DNA of 64,000 nt from Quinella sp. Lineage in GTDB: Bacteria > Bacillota > Negativicutes > Selenomonadales > Selenomonadaceae. The notes beneath the pieces are model-generated. The model saw nothing but the letters and a program-made list of their open reading frames with translations, ran no database searches and was not told where the DNA came from. The stretch is taken from the NCBI GenBank assembly GCA_045118435.1, contig JBGUYA010000153.1, positions 4,391-68,390 on the forward strand, given 5' to 3'. Each line of letters starts with the position of its first letter. The first letter of the stretch is position 1. The position numbers and the translations under genes are program-made. This document shows positions 53,191-62,067 of this stretch, piece after piece.

Positions 53191-54498
53191 TTACCTTAAC
53201 AAATTTTTGTCGAGAATCAACTGATTAATCGCGTCGATAACTTGGTGCGGAGAAATTTTTTTCTGGCACTCAAGCTCGCGCGACGTGCCTTTGTGATAAG
53301 GACAAACCTCGTTTACAAAACCGACATGTAAATCATTAAAGCAGCCATTGCATACAAGGCGATTTGCCACACGATACGGCGTATAAAACTCGTACCAATC
53401 TTGCGAAAAGCCGCAAATCATGACGACGGGACAACCTACCGCGTCGGCGAGCCACGCCAAGCCGCTCCCCAGCCCGATAAAAAATTCCGCGTGATAAAGC
53501 ATGTTCGCCCGCTCCATAATCGAGAAGTCGCCCGTAAAATCTTCGGCATTGCTCGGCGCGGCAGTTGTATAATTTTCGTCACTCTGAACTTTTTTCTTGT
53601 CAATGCAAAAGATGCGGTAGCCCAAACTTTTCAGATAGTCAACGAGAATTTCCCAGCCGCCGGGATAATGCCAACCCTTCGTCGACGTGGAGGCTTGCAC
53701 GCTTATGCAAACATAAGGCTCGGCGCAAAATCTCTGCGCGGTCGGTTTGAAAGTCGGCTTTGTCGGAAGAGTTTCAAGCCCCAAAATCGTGCCGCCCATG
53801 CGCTCCATTGGATTGTTGCGAACGTCAACGGGCAAATACGGCAAAGGACTCATCAGCGCGAAAACAAAGAACGTCGCGTAATTTTCCAAGTTGATTTGGT
53901 CGACGTGCTTAAGCGCGGGATAAAGATTTGTCGTAATCTCGCGCAGATATTCGGAAAGGTGGATTGAGACTTCGCAGTTGTGCCGCCGCCTGAACTCCTC
54001 GACCGCAGGGAGCATTGCAAGCGTATCGCCCAATGCCGCTTGAACTCTGAAAATCATGAGCACGCTTTGACCTTCGGGATTGAAGACGTGTTCAAAAACT
54101 TTCTCGCCGTCACGGAAAATTTCAATGCGCCAACGGATAAAATACTTTTCAAGCGAAATCAGTCGTACGTCGGAAATATCTCTGTCGAAAAAAATCTGCC
54201 CGTTGTCGTCGCCAATCGTGACGTGAAAATTTCCTTCGGGCACATCGAGACGCAACCCGAAATTAAAATCAAGTAGTAATCCGTCAATGCCCGTCTCGTA
54301 ATAAATCGGCGCGTCGAAATATTCTTCGCAGTTCGGATAAATTTTCATTAGGTTAAGCAAATGGTTTTGAACAATGGGTGCGTCGGTCAATTCGGGCATG
54401 GTCGGCTTGAAGTTCGCGACCTTTTCCAACTCGTTGACCTTGACTATATCTTTAATGTAATCGCGAATGTCGCGGGCGCAAAAAATTAATTTTTTCAT
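53191..54498 (-). CDS. TibC/Aah-like autotransporter O-heptosyltransferase (BAHT family), paralog 2
   Basis: ORF 53191..54513. ATG at 54498 gives MKKLIFCARDIRDY, parallel to paralog 1, with GAGGT upstream. Same motif set, including CNGC...CPYHKGTSRELEC. Confidence 0.75.
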   Translation of the reverse strand: MKKLIFCARDIRDYIKDIVKVNELEKVANFKPTMPELTDAPIVQNHLLNLMKIYPNCEEYFDAPIYYETGIDGLLLDFNFGLRLDVPEGNFHVTIGDDNGQIFFDRDISDVRLISLEKYFIRWRIEIFRDGEKVFEHVFNPEGQSVLMIFRVQAALGDTLAMLPAVEEFRRRHNCEVSIHLSEYLREITTNLYPALKHVDQINLENYATFFVFALMSPLPYLPVDVRNNPMERMGGTILGLETLPTKPTFKPTAQRFCAEPYVCISVQASTSTKGWHYPGGWEILVDYLKSLGYRIFCIDKKKVQSDENYTTAAPSNAEDFTGDFSIMERANMLYHAEFFIGLGSGLAWLADAVGCPVVMICGFSQDWYEFYTPYRVANRLVCNGCFNDLHVGFVNEVCPYHKGTSRELECQKKISPHQVIDAINQLILDKNLLR

Positions 54499-54499
54499 G

Positions 54500-55804
54500 T
54501 TAAGACCTCGCAATCGGTGGCGTCAAATTTTTGTCGAGAATCAAACGTTCAATGGCGTTGATAACTTGGCGCGGGTGAATTTTTTTCTGACACTCAAGTT
54601 CGCGCGACGTGCCTTTGTGATAAGGACAAAAATGTTTAATAAAAAACACGCGAATATCATTGAAGCAACCATTGCACACAAGTCGATTTGCCACACGATA
54701 CGGCGTATAAAACTCGTGCCAATCTTGCGAAAAGCCGCAGATCATGACGACGGGACAATCTACCGCGTTGGCGAGCCAAGACAAGCCGCTCCCAAGCCCG
54801 ATAAAAAATTCCGCGTGATAAAGCATGTTCGCCCGCTCCATAATCGGGATGTCGCCGGTAAAATCTTCGGCATTGCTCGGCGCGGTGACCGTGTAATTTT
54901 CGTCGCTCTGAACTTTTTCCTTGTCAATGCAGAAGACGCGGTAACCCAGACTTTTAAGATAGTCAACGACAATCTCCCAGCCGCCAGGATAATGCCAACC
55001 CTTCCTAGCCAATGAAGCTTGCACGCCAATACAAACGTAAGGCTCACTCGTGACAGGCGGCAAGGTCGGCTTAAAAGTCGGCTTCGGCTGGATAGTTTTG
55101 AGTCCCAAAATTACGCCGCCCATGCGCTCCATTGGCATATTTCTAAGGTCGGCGGCGATCGTTCGGATAGATGCCATTGGCATTAGTGGATAATAAGTTG
55201 CGTACGTTTTGAAATTTATTTCGTCGACTTGCGGAAGGTCGGGATAAAGTTGTGCGGCGAACTCGCGAAGATATTCGGGCAAATAAATTGACAGCTCGCA
55301 ACGATTACGCTTTTGAAACTCTCGCGAGTACGGCAACAACGCAATTATGTCGCCCAAGGCGTTTTGTCGAAAGGCAAGCAAAACTTTCTTCCCCTCCAAG
55401 TTCAACGTGTGCTCAAAAACTTTCTTATCGCCTGAAAAAATTTCCACGTGCCAACGGATAAAATGTTGCTCAACGGAAATCAGTCTGCCGCCCGAAATGT
55501 ATTCGTCGAAAAAAATTTCATCGGTTTCGGCGTCGCCAATCACCACGCGAAAATTGCCTTCGGGCACGTCGAGTCGTAAACCGAAGTTAAAATCCAGTCG
55601 CAAGCCCTCAATGCCCAGCTTGCCGTAAATCATGGAATCGAAAATTTCTTGCGGAACATTAAAAAAGCCCTTTTTATAAGAAAGAAAATATTTCTTTTCA
55701 AAATCCTCTTGCGTCTCGTCGAAAGGCATTTCCTTCTCCATAAACTCGAAGTAAACTTTCCTGTGATCCTCAATATTTCTCGCGCTGAAAAAATGAATCC
55801 TCAT
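54500..55804 (-). CDS. TibC/Aah-like autotransporter O-heptosyltransferase (BAHT family), paralog 3
   Basis: 434 aa. Same motif set (EPYVCIGVQAS, AEDFTGDIPIMERANMLYHAEFFIGLGSGLSWLA, CNGC...CPYHKGTSRELEC) with a more diverged N-terminus. Confidence 0.75.
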   Translation of the reverse strand: MRIHFFSARNIEDHRKVYFEFMEKEMPFDETQEDFEKKYFLSYKKGFFNVPQEIFDSMIYGKLGIEGLRLDFNFGLRLDVPEGNFRVVIGDAETDEIFFDEYISGGRLISVEQHFIRWHVEIFSGDKKVFEHTLNLEGKKVLLAFRQNALGDIIALLPYSREFQKRNRCELSIYLPEYLREFAAQLYPDLPQVDEINFKTYATYYPLMPMASIRTIAADLRNMPMERMGGVILGLKTIQPKPTFKPTLPPVTSEPYVCIGVQASLARKGWHYPGGWEIVVDYLKSLGYRVFCIDKEKVQSDENYTVTAPSNAEDFTGDIPIMERANMLYHAEFFIGLGSGLSWLANAVDCPVVMICGFSQDWHEFYTPYRVANRLVCNGCFNDIRVFFIKHFCPYHKGTSRELECQKKIHPRQVINAIERLILDKNLTPPIARS

Positions 55805-55815
55805 GAAAAAATCTC

Positions 55816-56541
55816 CTAAAGCAGGTTGATAACTTTATGCGTCTGCGGTATGACGCGGACATTTTTCAATATGCGGAGCGCGTCGGCTTGCAACGATAAA
55901 ATTTTCTCCGCCGTCGCCGCGCGTATTCCTTTGACGGGCGTTACGGGTTGTAGGATTAACAAAATTTCTCTGTCGACGCCCGCGATTAGCTCGACTGCCG
56001 CTAAAAATTCTTTGCGCGGCGTTTCACCCGTCACCACGATTTTAACATACAAATCCTTTTTCTGCGCGGCTCGCAAAAATTTTTCGTGCAAGGCGAAAAG
56101 ATTTTGCCCAAGTTTTATATCCATGCTCACAATGTCGACTGCGTCCGAAATTTTTTCAAACTCGTTGTAAAGTGTGCCGTTAGTCTCAAGAAAAATTTTC
56201 ACGCCGAGATTTTTAACTGAGCGGGCGACTTCGCCAATAAATTGCCAATGCAAAAGCGGCTCGCCGCCCGTAAAACTCACGGCTTGCGTCGGAACTTCGC
56301 TTGCAAAAGTTTTTATGACCTCAGCGACCTGCGCGGCGTCGAGAGGATTTTTTTCTTCGCGAAAGTTCATTGAGCCGACAAAAGTTTCAACTTTGCAAAA
56401 GTCCGCGCGAGCAAAATTCGTGTCGCAGTACGCGCAGTTCAAGTTGCAATCGGCAAGCCGAACAAAGATTTGTCGGCAACCTAAATACTTTCCCTCGCCT
56501 TGAACCGACGAAAAAATTTCTATGACGTTCGCCTTATTCAT
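55816..56541 (-). CDS. queE: 7-carboxy-7-deazaguanine synthase
   Basis: 241 aa. EIFSSVQGEGKYLGCRQIFVRLADCNLNCAYCDT (radical SAM CX3CX2C preceded by the QueE-specific SxQGEG) and TGGEPL. Confidence 0.88.
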   Translation of the reverse strand: MNKANVIEIFSSVQGEGKYLGCRQIFVRLADCNLNCAYCDTNFARADFCKVETFVGSMNFREEKNPLDAAQVAEVIKTFASEVPTQAVSFTGGEPLLHWQFIGEVARSVKNLGVKIFLETNGTLYNEFEKISDAVDIVSMDIKLGQNLFALHEKFLRAAQKKDLYVKIVVTGETPRKEFLAAVELIAGVDREILLILQPVTPVKGIRAATAEKILSLQADALRILKNVRVIPQTHKVINLL

Positions 56542-56905
56542 AATACGTCACGCAGGAATTGGGCGTCTCAAAAACTTTGACTGCATAAAGTTTCGTCGTG
56601 CCGCTGAAAATTTCACTCGCCGCAAGTTTTTTAAAAACCTTCCGCGCAAGATTCTCCGCCGTCGGATTTTCTTCCGCAAAACTTTCAAGCTCATTCAAAA
56701 ATCTGTGGTCGAACTCGTCAAGAACTTTGTTAAGCTCCGCCTTGAGAACTTTAAAATCAACGAGCATACCGAGCGCGTCAAGCTCCTCGCCGCGAATCAC
56801 CGCCTCAATATTCCAATTATGCCCGTGAAGTCGCGAACACTTGCCCGCGTAGCCGTCAATGAAATGCGCCGCCTCGAAAGCCGACCGAACTGTCAATTCA
56901 TACAA
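56534..56905 (-). CDS. queD: 6-carboxy-5,6,7,8-tetrahydropterin synthase
   Basis: I trimmed ORF 56534..57034 to the TTG at 56905, which has AAGGAGGAG 7 nt upstream. (M)YELTVRSAFEAAHFIDGYAGKCSRLHGHNWNIE and ENLARKVF are typical QueD/PTPS. Confidence 0.85.
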   Translation of the reverse strand: MYELTVRSAFEAAHFIDGYAGKCSRLHGHNWNIEAVIRGEELDALGMLVDFKVLKAELNKVLDEFDHRFLNELESFAEENPTAENLARKVFKKLAASEIFSGTTKLYAVKVFETPNSCVTYYE

Positions 56906-57017
56906 AATTTTTCTCCTCCTTACGTTAAATCGCTTGCCGCCTGCCGAGCCGCTCCAAAATTTTCCAAATCGTCTCGCGCAGACGATTTTTTTGTTATAAT
57001 CAATCGCAGGTGATTTT

Positions 57018-59666
57018 ATGCGTTTCAAATTCAAATTTCAAGCCTTCCAAGCCGCCGCCGCCGATTCAATAGCCGATTTATTCACAGGTCAGCCTCTTCA
57101 AACTCAAAACTTCGCTCTAAATCGTCTTGATGAATTTTTTATCGGCTCCAATCAGAAAATTTTCCTTCCCGAATCAAAAATCTTGAAAAATCTGCGCGGC
57201 ATTCAAGCTCGCAATAACATTCAGCCTTCCGAAAGCCTTTGCGGCATGAATTTTTCTGTTGAAATGGAGACCGGCGTCGGGAAAACCTATTCTTACATCA
57301 AAACTATCTATGAACTCAATAAACGCTACGGCTGGAGCAAATTTATCGTTGTCGTGCCCAGCGTCGCCATCCGCGAAGGCGTTAAAAAGTCTTTCGAGAT
57401 GACTGAAGACCATTTCGCAGAGATTTACGGCGAAAAAATCCGCCACTTCGTCTATAACTCCAAAAATCTCTCCGTCATTAAAAATTTCGTCTCCGATTCT
57501 AAAATTTGGGCGATGATTATCAATGTTCAAGCATTTAATGCTCGCTCCGCCGACGCCCGCCGCATGTTGCAACCGCTTGACGAGTTTCAAAGCCAAATTC
57601 CGATTGAAATTATCGCCAAAATCAATCCCATTGTCATTATCGATGAGCCGCAGTCGGTTGAAGGCACTGTTGCACGCGAAAAAATTAAAAATTTTAACCC
57701 GCTAATGATTTTGCGCTACTCCGCAACTCATAAAAAACTTTTTAACCTTGTTTATCGCCTTGACGCGCTCGACGCATATAATCAACGCCTCGTTAAGAAA
57801 ATTTCCGTTAAAGGTATCGAAAAATGCGGAGGCAATTCGACAGGCTATATTTTTTTTGAGAAATTGAACCTTTCCAAGCAAAATCCAACCGCAACGCTCA
57901 CTTTTAACAGCAAAATTTCCTACGGAACAAAAAAAATTACCCGCAAAATTGCTACGGGCGACGATTTATTTATTTTATCCGGCGGACTTGAAGATTATCG
58001 CAATTTTAAAGTGACTTTGATTGACGGCGCAGAAAAATCAATTGAATTTATTAACGGAATTAAAATTTTCGTCGGTCAAGTTATCGGCGACGTGGACGAA
58101 GATGAATTCAGGCGCATTCAAATTCGTGAGACTATTCAAAGTCATCTGGAGCGCGAATATCAACTTTTTCAATACGGAATTAAAGTTTTGTCGCTGTTTT
58201 TCATTGATGAAGTCGCCAAATATCGTCAATACGACGGAAATAATCCCGTTGCGGGCGTCTATGCCAAGATTTTTGAGGAAGAATATATTTCTGCAGTTAA
58301 AAACTTTAAAGCCGACGACGATTATAAAAATTATCTTAATTCAATCGCCGCGCAGGATACTCATGCAGGTTATTTCTCGATTGACAAGAAAAATCGAGCC
58401 ACAAATTCAAAAGATGATGACGCTGACGCTTATAATTTGATTATGCGCGATAAGGAGAGGCTTTTGGACTTGAAAAATCCCGTTCGATTTATTTTTTCGC
58501 ACTCGGCGTTGAAAGAAGGCTGGGATAATCCAAATGTTTTTCAAATTTGCACGCTCAAGCAGACTGCAAGCGATATTCGGCGGCGGCAAGAGGTCGGGCG
58601 CGGCATGAGACTTTGCATAAATAATCGCGGCGAACGCATGGACTTTGAAAAAATCGGCGCGGACGTTCACAATATAAATATTTTAACCGTCATTGCAAAC
58701 GAAAGCTATAAAAATTTCGCGGCGGGCTTGCAAAAAGAACTTTCTGAGGTATGCGCGGCGGCTGACAAGATAAAAATTGAAAATGCTCGCGATATTGACG
58801 TTGAGGCGACGGCTGACGACAAAAAATTGCGCGATAAAAATTTCCTCGAACTCTGGGCTAAAATCGATCAAAAAAGTTTCTACAGCGTCGAATTTGATTC
58901 GGACGAATTAATAAAAGGCGCGATTGAGACTCTTAACAGCAAATTATCTGCTACTAAAAGCTATTTTATTATCGAAAGCGGCACTTTGAATTACGATTTA
59001 AAATTTGATAAGGAAAATATTCGCACGGAAGAATTTCAAAGCGTTTCTGAGGCTCCAGAAATTGATTTAATCGCCGAACTCTCCGCCGAAACTGACTTGA
59101 CGCGCCGCGATATTGCCGAAATTCTTAAACGTATCGAACTCGTCAAGTTTAATCACGAAAAATTTATCCCGAACGTGAAAAAAATTATTCTCGACGCAAA
59201 AGCCACGCAGGTGACGGCAAATATTTCATACACCGCGCTTGACGAGCGATTTAATATTAAAATTTTCTCCGCTCCGATTAAAGGACGTTTAAACGTCAAC
59301 GCAACGCCAACTGCAAAAAATATTTATGATTATCTGATTTTCGACTCTGATATTGAGAAAAAATTTGCCTCCGAACTCGAAAAAGCCGACGGAGTTTTGA
59401 TTTATGTTAAGTTGCCGAAAAGTTTTTATATCCCGACGCCGCTCGGCAAATATAATCCAGATTGGGCGATAGTTTTCCGCGACGGCGACGTTAAAAATAT
59501 TTATTTCGTCGTTGAAACTAAAGGCTCGACCGAAGAAACTCAAATGCGCGGCTCTGAAAAGGCTAAAATTACTTGCGCAAAGAAATTTTTTGACATAATC
59601 AGCGGAGGCAAGGTAAAATATCTCGTGACTGACAGTTTTTATAAGTTATTGGAGGCGATTAAATGA
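57018..59666 (+). CDS. res: Type III restriction endonuclease subunit Res (SF2 helicase-like plus C-terminal nuclease)
   Basis: 882 aa. FKFQAFQAAAADSIADLF N-terminus as in Type III Res. Helicase motifs (METGVGKTY Walker A, VIIDEPQS DEAH-like, SATH, HSALKEGWDNPNVF, QEVGRGMRL). PD-(D/E)xK-like C-terminus (NPDWAIVF...YFVVETKG). Confidence 0.88.
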   Translation: MRFKFKFQAFQAAAADSIADLFTGQPLQTQNFALNRLDEFFIGSNQKIFLPESKILKNLRGIQARNNIQPSESLCGMNFSVEMETGVGKTYSYIKTIYELNKRYGWSKFIVVVPSVAIREGVKKSFEMTEDHFAEIYGEKIRHFVYNSKNLSVIKNFVSDSKIWAMIINVQAFNARSADARRMLQPLDEFQSQIPIEIIAKINPIVIIDEPQSVEGTVAREKIKNFNPLMILRYSATHKKLFNLVYRLDALDAYNQRLVKKISVKGIEKCGGNSTGYIFFEKLNLSKQNPTATLTFNSKISYGTKKITRKIATGDDLFILSGGLEDYRNFKVTLIDGAEKSIEFINGIKIFVGQVIGDVDEDEFRRIQIRETIQSHLEREYQLFQYGIKVLSLFFIDEVAKYRQYDGNNPVAGVYAKIFEEEYISAVKNFKADDDYKNYLNSIAAQDTHAGYFSIDKKNRATNSKDDDADAYNLIMRDKERLLDLKNPVRFIFSHSALKEGWDNPNVFQICTLKQTASDIRRRQEVGRGMRLCINNRGERMDFEKIGADVHNINILTVIANESYKNFAAGLQKELSEVCAAADKIKIENARDIDVEATADDKKLRDKNFLELWAKIDQKSFYSVEFDSDELIKGAIETLNSKLSATKSYFIIESGTLNYDLKFDKENIRTEEFQSVSEAPEIDLIAELSAETDLTRRDIAEILKRIELVKFNHEKFIPNVKKIILDAKATQVTANISYTALDERFNIKIFSAPIKGRLNVNATPTAKNIYDYLIFDSDIEKKFASELEKADGVLIYVKLPKSFYIPTPLGKYNPDWAIVFRDGDVKNIYFVVETKGSTEETQMRGSEKAKITCAKKFFDIISGGKVKYLVTDSFYKLLEAIK

Positions 59667-61489
59667 CGAATCTTGATAAAATCGCGGAGATTTTCCCCGA
59701 AGTCATAACCGAAACTGAAGACGATGACAGGAATTTGATTCGCGCAATTGATTTTGAACACCTTAAGCAAATTTTATCTGATGAGTTGCTTGACGGGCGC
59801 GAGGCTTATATTTTTAACTTTGTCGGGAAGAAAAAAGCCGAATTTGAGGCGCATAAACCGATAAAAAAGACGCTCCGACCGATTATTTCCGCAAGTCGCG
59901 ACTTCAACACAACGAAAAATCTTTATATTGAGGGCGATAATCTTGACGCGCTGAAAATTTTGCAAGAAAGTTATCTCGGCAAGGTGAAAATGATTTATAT
60001 CGACCCGCCATACAACACCGGAAACGATTTTATTTATCTTGACGACTACAAACAGGACGCTGACGTCTTCGACGACGCCGCGCAAGTGCTTGATGACGAC
60101 GGCAACCGCCTTTTAAATCGCGAAAGTCGCGGGCGTTTTCATTCCGATTGGTGCGCTATGATTTATTCGCGTCTTTTGCTCGCCAAAAACTTTCTTGCGC
60201 CCGACGGAGTCATTTTTATCAGCATTGACGACCACGAACAGGCTAATCTTAAAAAAATGTGCGATGAAGTCTTCGGTGAGAAAAATTTTGTCGAAAATAT
60301 CATTTGGAAGAAACGCTACGGCGGCGGTGCCAAAGAAAAATATCTTGTATCACTTCAAGAATATATTTTAATGTATTGCAAAGACATTGACCGCCTTAAA
60401 GAAATATTTATTCCATTATCTGACGAATCTGCGAAAAAATATTACGGTAAACGCGACGAAAAATATAATCTGCGCGGCGGCTACAGGACACATCCTTTAG
60501 AAGCTGGCAAAGCAATGGACGCTCGCCCGAATTTGATTTATCCAATTCCAGCACCTGACGGTAGTTTAATTATGCCAAAGCGTCAATGGTTATGGGCTAA
60601 AGAAAGAACTTTCGAGGCTCTAAAGAACAATGAGCTTGAAATTATTCGCGGAAATGACGGCAAATGGGTCGTTTCTTCAAAACAATATTTAAAAGATGAC
60701 GCTGGAAATACACGAATGGGCAAAATGTTTTCGATAATAGACAATGTCTTCACTCAACACGGAACGAACGAGATGATTTCTATTCTTGGCAATGCAAAAA
60801 TTTTTTCTTATCCAAAACCAACCGAACTGATTAAAATTCTTTTGCAAATTGCGACGGACGCTGATTCAATCGTCATGGATTTTTTCAGCGGCAGTGCGAC
60901 GACGGCGCATGCAGTAATGGAATTGAACGCACAAGACGGCGGCAATCGTCGATTTATCATGATTCAGATTGATGAGCTGACGTCCAAAAATTCGGAGGCT
61001 CGCCGCGCAGGTTTTAAAACCATTTGTGACATTGGCAAGGAGCGGATTAGACGCGCGGGCGACAAAATCAAAGCAGAAAATCCCGCAATCGACACGGGCT
61101 TTAGGGTTTTCAAAGTTGATTCGTCGAATTTCAAAGACATTCCGCGAGTTTGGAATAAACAAACGATAATGGACTTTGCCGAAAACATAAAAGACGACCG
61201 CGACGAGTGGGATTTACTTTTCGGGACGTTACTTGAGACGGGCAAGCAGATAGATTTAGCGGTTAATGTTGAAGAAATGGGCGGCGTAAAGGTTTTGAAC
61301 TGCGCAGGCGGCGAGATATTGGCGAGTTTCGATAAAAATATCTCTGCGGAAGTTTTTAGGACATTGGCAAGGCGAAAACCGCAGAAAATATTCTTCCGCG
61401 ACGCGTCTTTTACGAGTTCTGCAGATAAAATCAACGCGCTTGAGTTTTTCCGCAACTTCGCTCCCGATACAACCGTAAAAGTTCTGTAA
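59663..61489 (+). CDS. mod: Type III R-M DNA methyltransferase subunit Mod (beta-class amino-MTase)
   Basis: 608 aa. MIYIDPPYNTGNDFIY (motif IV DPPY) precedes VMDFFSGSATTAHA (motif I FxGxG). 4 nt overlap with res. Confidence 0.88.
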   Translation: MTNLDKIAEIFPEVITETEDDDRNLIRAIDFEHLKQILSDELLDGREAYIFNFVGKKKAEFEAHKPIKKTLRPIISASRDFNTTKNLYIEGDNLDALKILQESYLGKVKMIYIDPPYNTGNDFIYLDDYKQDADVFDDAAQVLDDDGNRLLNRESRGRFHSDWCAMIYSRLLLAKNFLAPDGVIFISIDDHEQANLKKMCDEVFGEKNFVENIIWKKRYGGGAKEKYLVSLQEYILMYCKDIDRLKEIFIPLSDESAKKYYGKRDEKYNLRGGYRTHPLEAGKAMDARPNLIYPIPAPDGSLIMPKRQWLWAKERTFEALKNNELEIIRGNDGKWVVSSKQYLKDDAGNTRMGKMFSIIDNVFTQHGTNEMISILGNAKIFSYPKPTELIKILLQIATDADSIVMDFFSGSATTAHAVMELNAQDGGNRRFIMIQIDELTSKNSEARRAGFKTICDIGKERIRRAGDKIKAENPAIDTGFRVFKVDSSNFKDIPRVWNKQTIMDFAENIKDDRDEWDLLFGTLLETGKQIDLAVNVEEMGGVKVLNCAGGEILASFDKNISAEVFRTLARRKPQKIFFRDASFTSSADKINALEFFRNFAPDTTVKVL

Positions 61490-61613
61490 ATAATCCTTGA
61501 CAGTGTTGCCGCGTCGTCATAAGTTTTTCTAATCATAATCGTTTCAGCGTGTAATGTTAAATCAATTTACACAGAGTTGATTTTTATTAATCAAGAACAA
61601 GCGGGGGGAAATT

Positions 61614-61949
61614 TTGCGAGCTAACGTCAAAACTTTGTCGGAGTCGCTCAAGTCGGCGATTGAATTCACTCTCGAAACTTTTTATCAGCCGCCGAGTGCG
61701 TCAGAATTGGCGAAAAAATTCTTGGCAAGCTTGCCGTCAATGACGTCGGAAGACGCACATTTAAAAGCAAGAAGCGATGTAGCATATTTCGCATTGCAAA
61801 ACAATTTGGAATTCTGGTTGAGCCTTGAAAATTTGCCGCACGAAATTTGGAATAAAAGAGGTTTGTCACGAAAGCCCAAAAGAACCTGCGGTTGGCTGGA
61901 GAAAGGAAGAAAATATTCATTGGCAATGTATCTTCCGTATCAAGTCTGA
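61614..61949 (+). CDS. Hypothetical protein (111 aa), possibly part of a decayed mobilisation module
   Basis: TTG start after GGGGGG. No family recognised. Its 3' end overlaps, in another frame, the relaxase-like relic. Confidence 0.3.
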   Translation: MRANVKTLSESLKSAIEFTLETFYQPPSASELAKKFLASLPSMTSEDAHLKARSDVAYFALQNNLEFWLSLENLPHEIWNKRGLSRKPKRTCGWLEKGRKYSLAMYLPYQV

Positions 61950-62067
61950 TAAGAAATCGAACGGAACAAAAATTTCTGCTGTCCAACACGTTGAGTATAT
62001 CAATCGTGAAGGCAAATTTTCTACGCCGGAGCAATGTTATCATGTCACTTGTTCCGACATAAAGTAA
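61885..62067 (+). pseudogene. Relic of a MOBQ (MobA/MobL-type) relaxase N-terminus
   Basis: The frame of ORF 61825..62067 reads ...NIHWQCIFRIKSDKKSNGTKISAVQHVEYINREGKFS.... Compare RSF1010 MobA as I recall it: MAIYHLTAKTGSRSGGQSARAKADYIQREGKYA. There is no ATG at the homologous start, and the frame stops about 20 codons later. Confidence 0.4.

Noticed and set aside
51870-55015. Plus-strand ORFs of 180-200 aa (51870-52472, 53401-53967, 54467-55015)
   Set aside because: These are shadow frames opposite the three glycosyltransferase paralogs. They are similar to each other only because the sense genes are paralogous.
56992-57000. Extended -10-like TGTTATAAT as the res promoter
   Set aside because: It lies only 17 nt before the res ATG. 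A transcript starting downstream of it would lack the AGGTGA ribosome-binding site, so it is probably not the functional promoter.
56906-57017. preQ1 riboswitch upstream of queD
   Set aside because: Reading the reverse strand, I find no small hairpin followed by the conserved A-rich ACUA tail of preQ1-I, nor a preQ1-II-like fold. A covariance-model scan would be needed to be sure.
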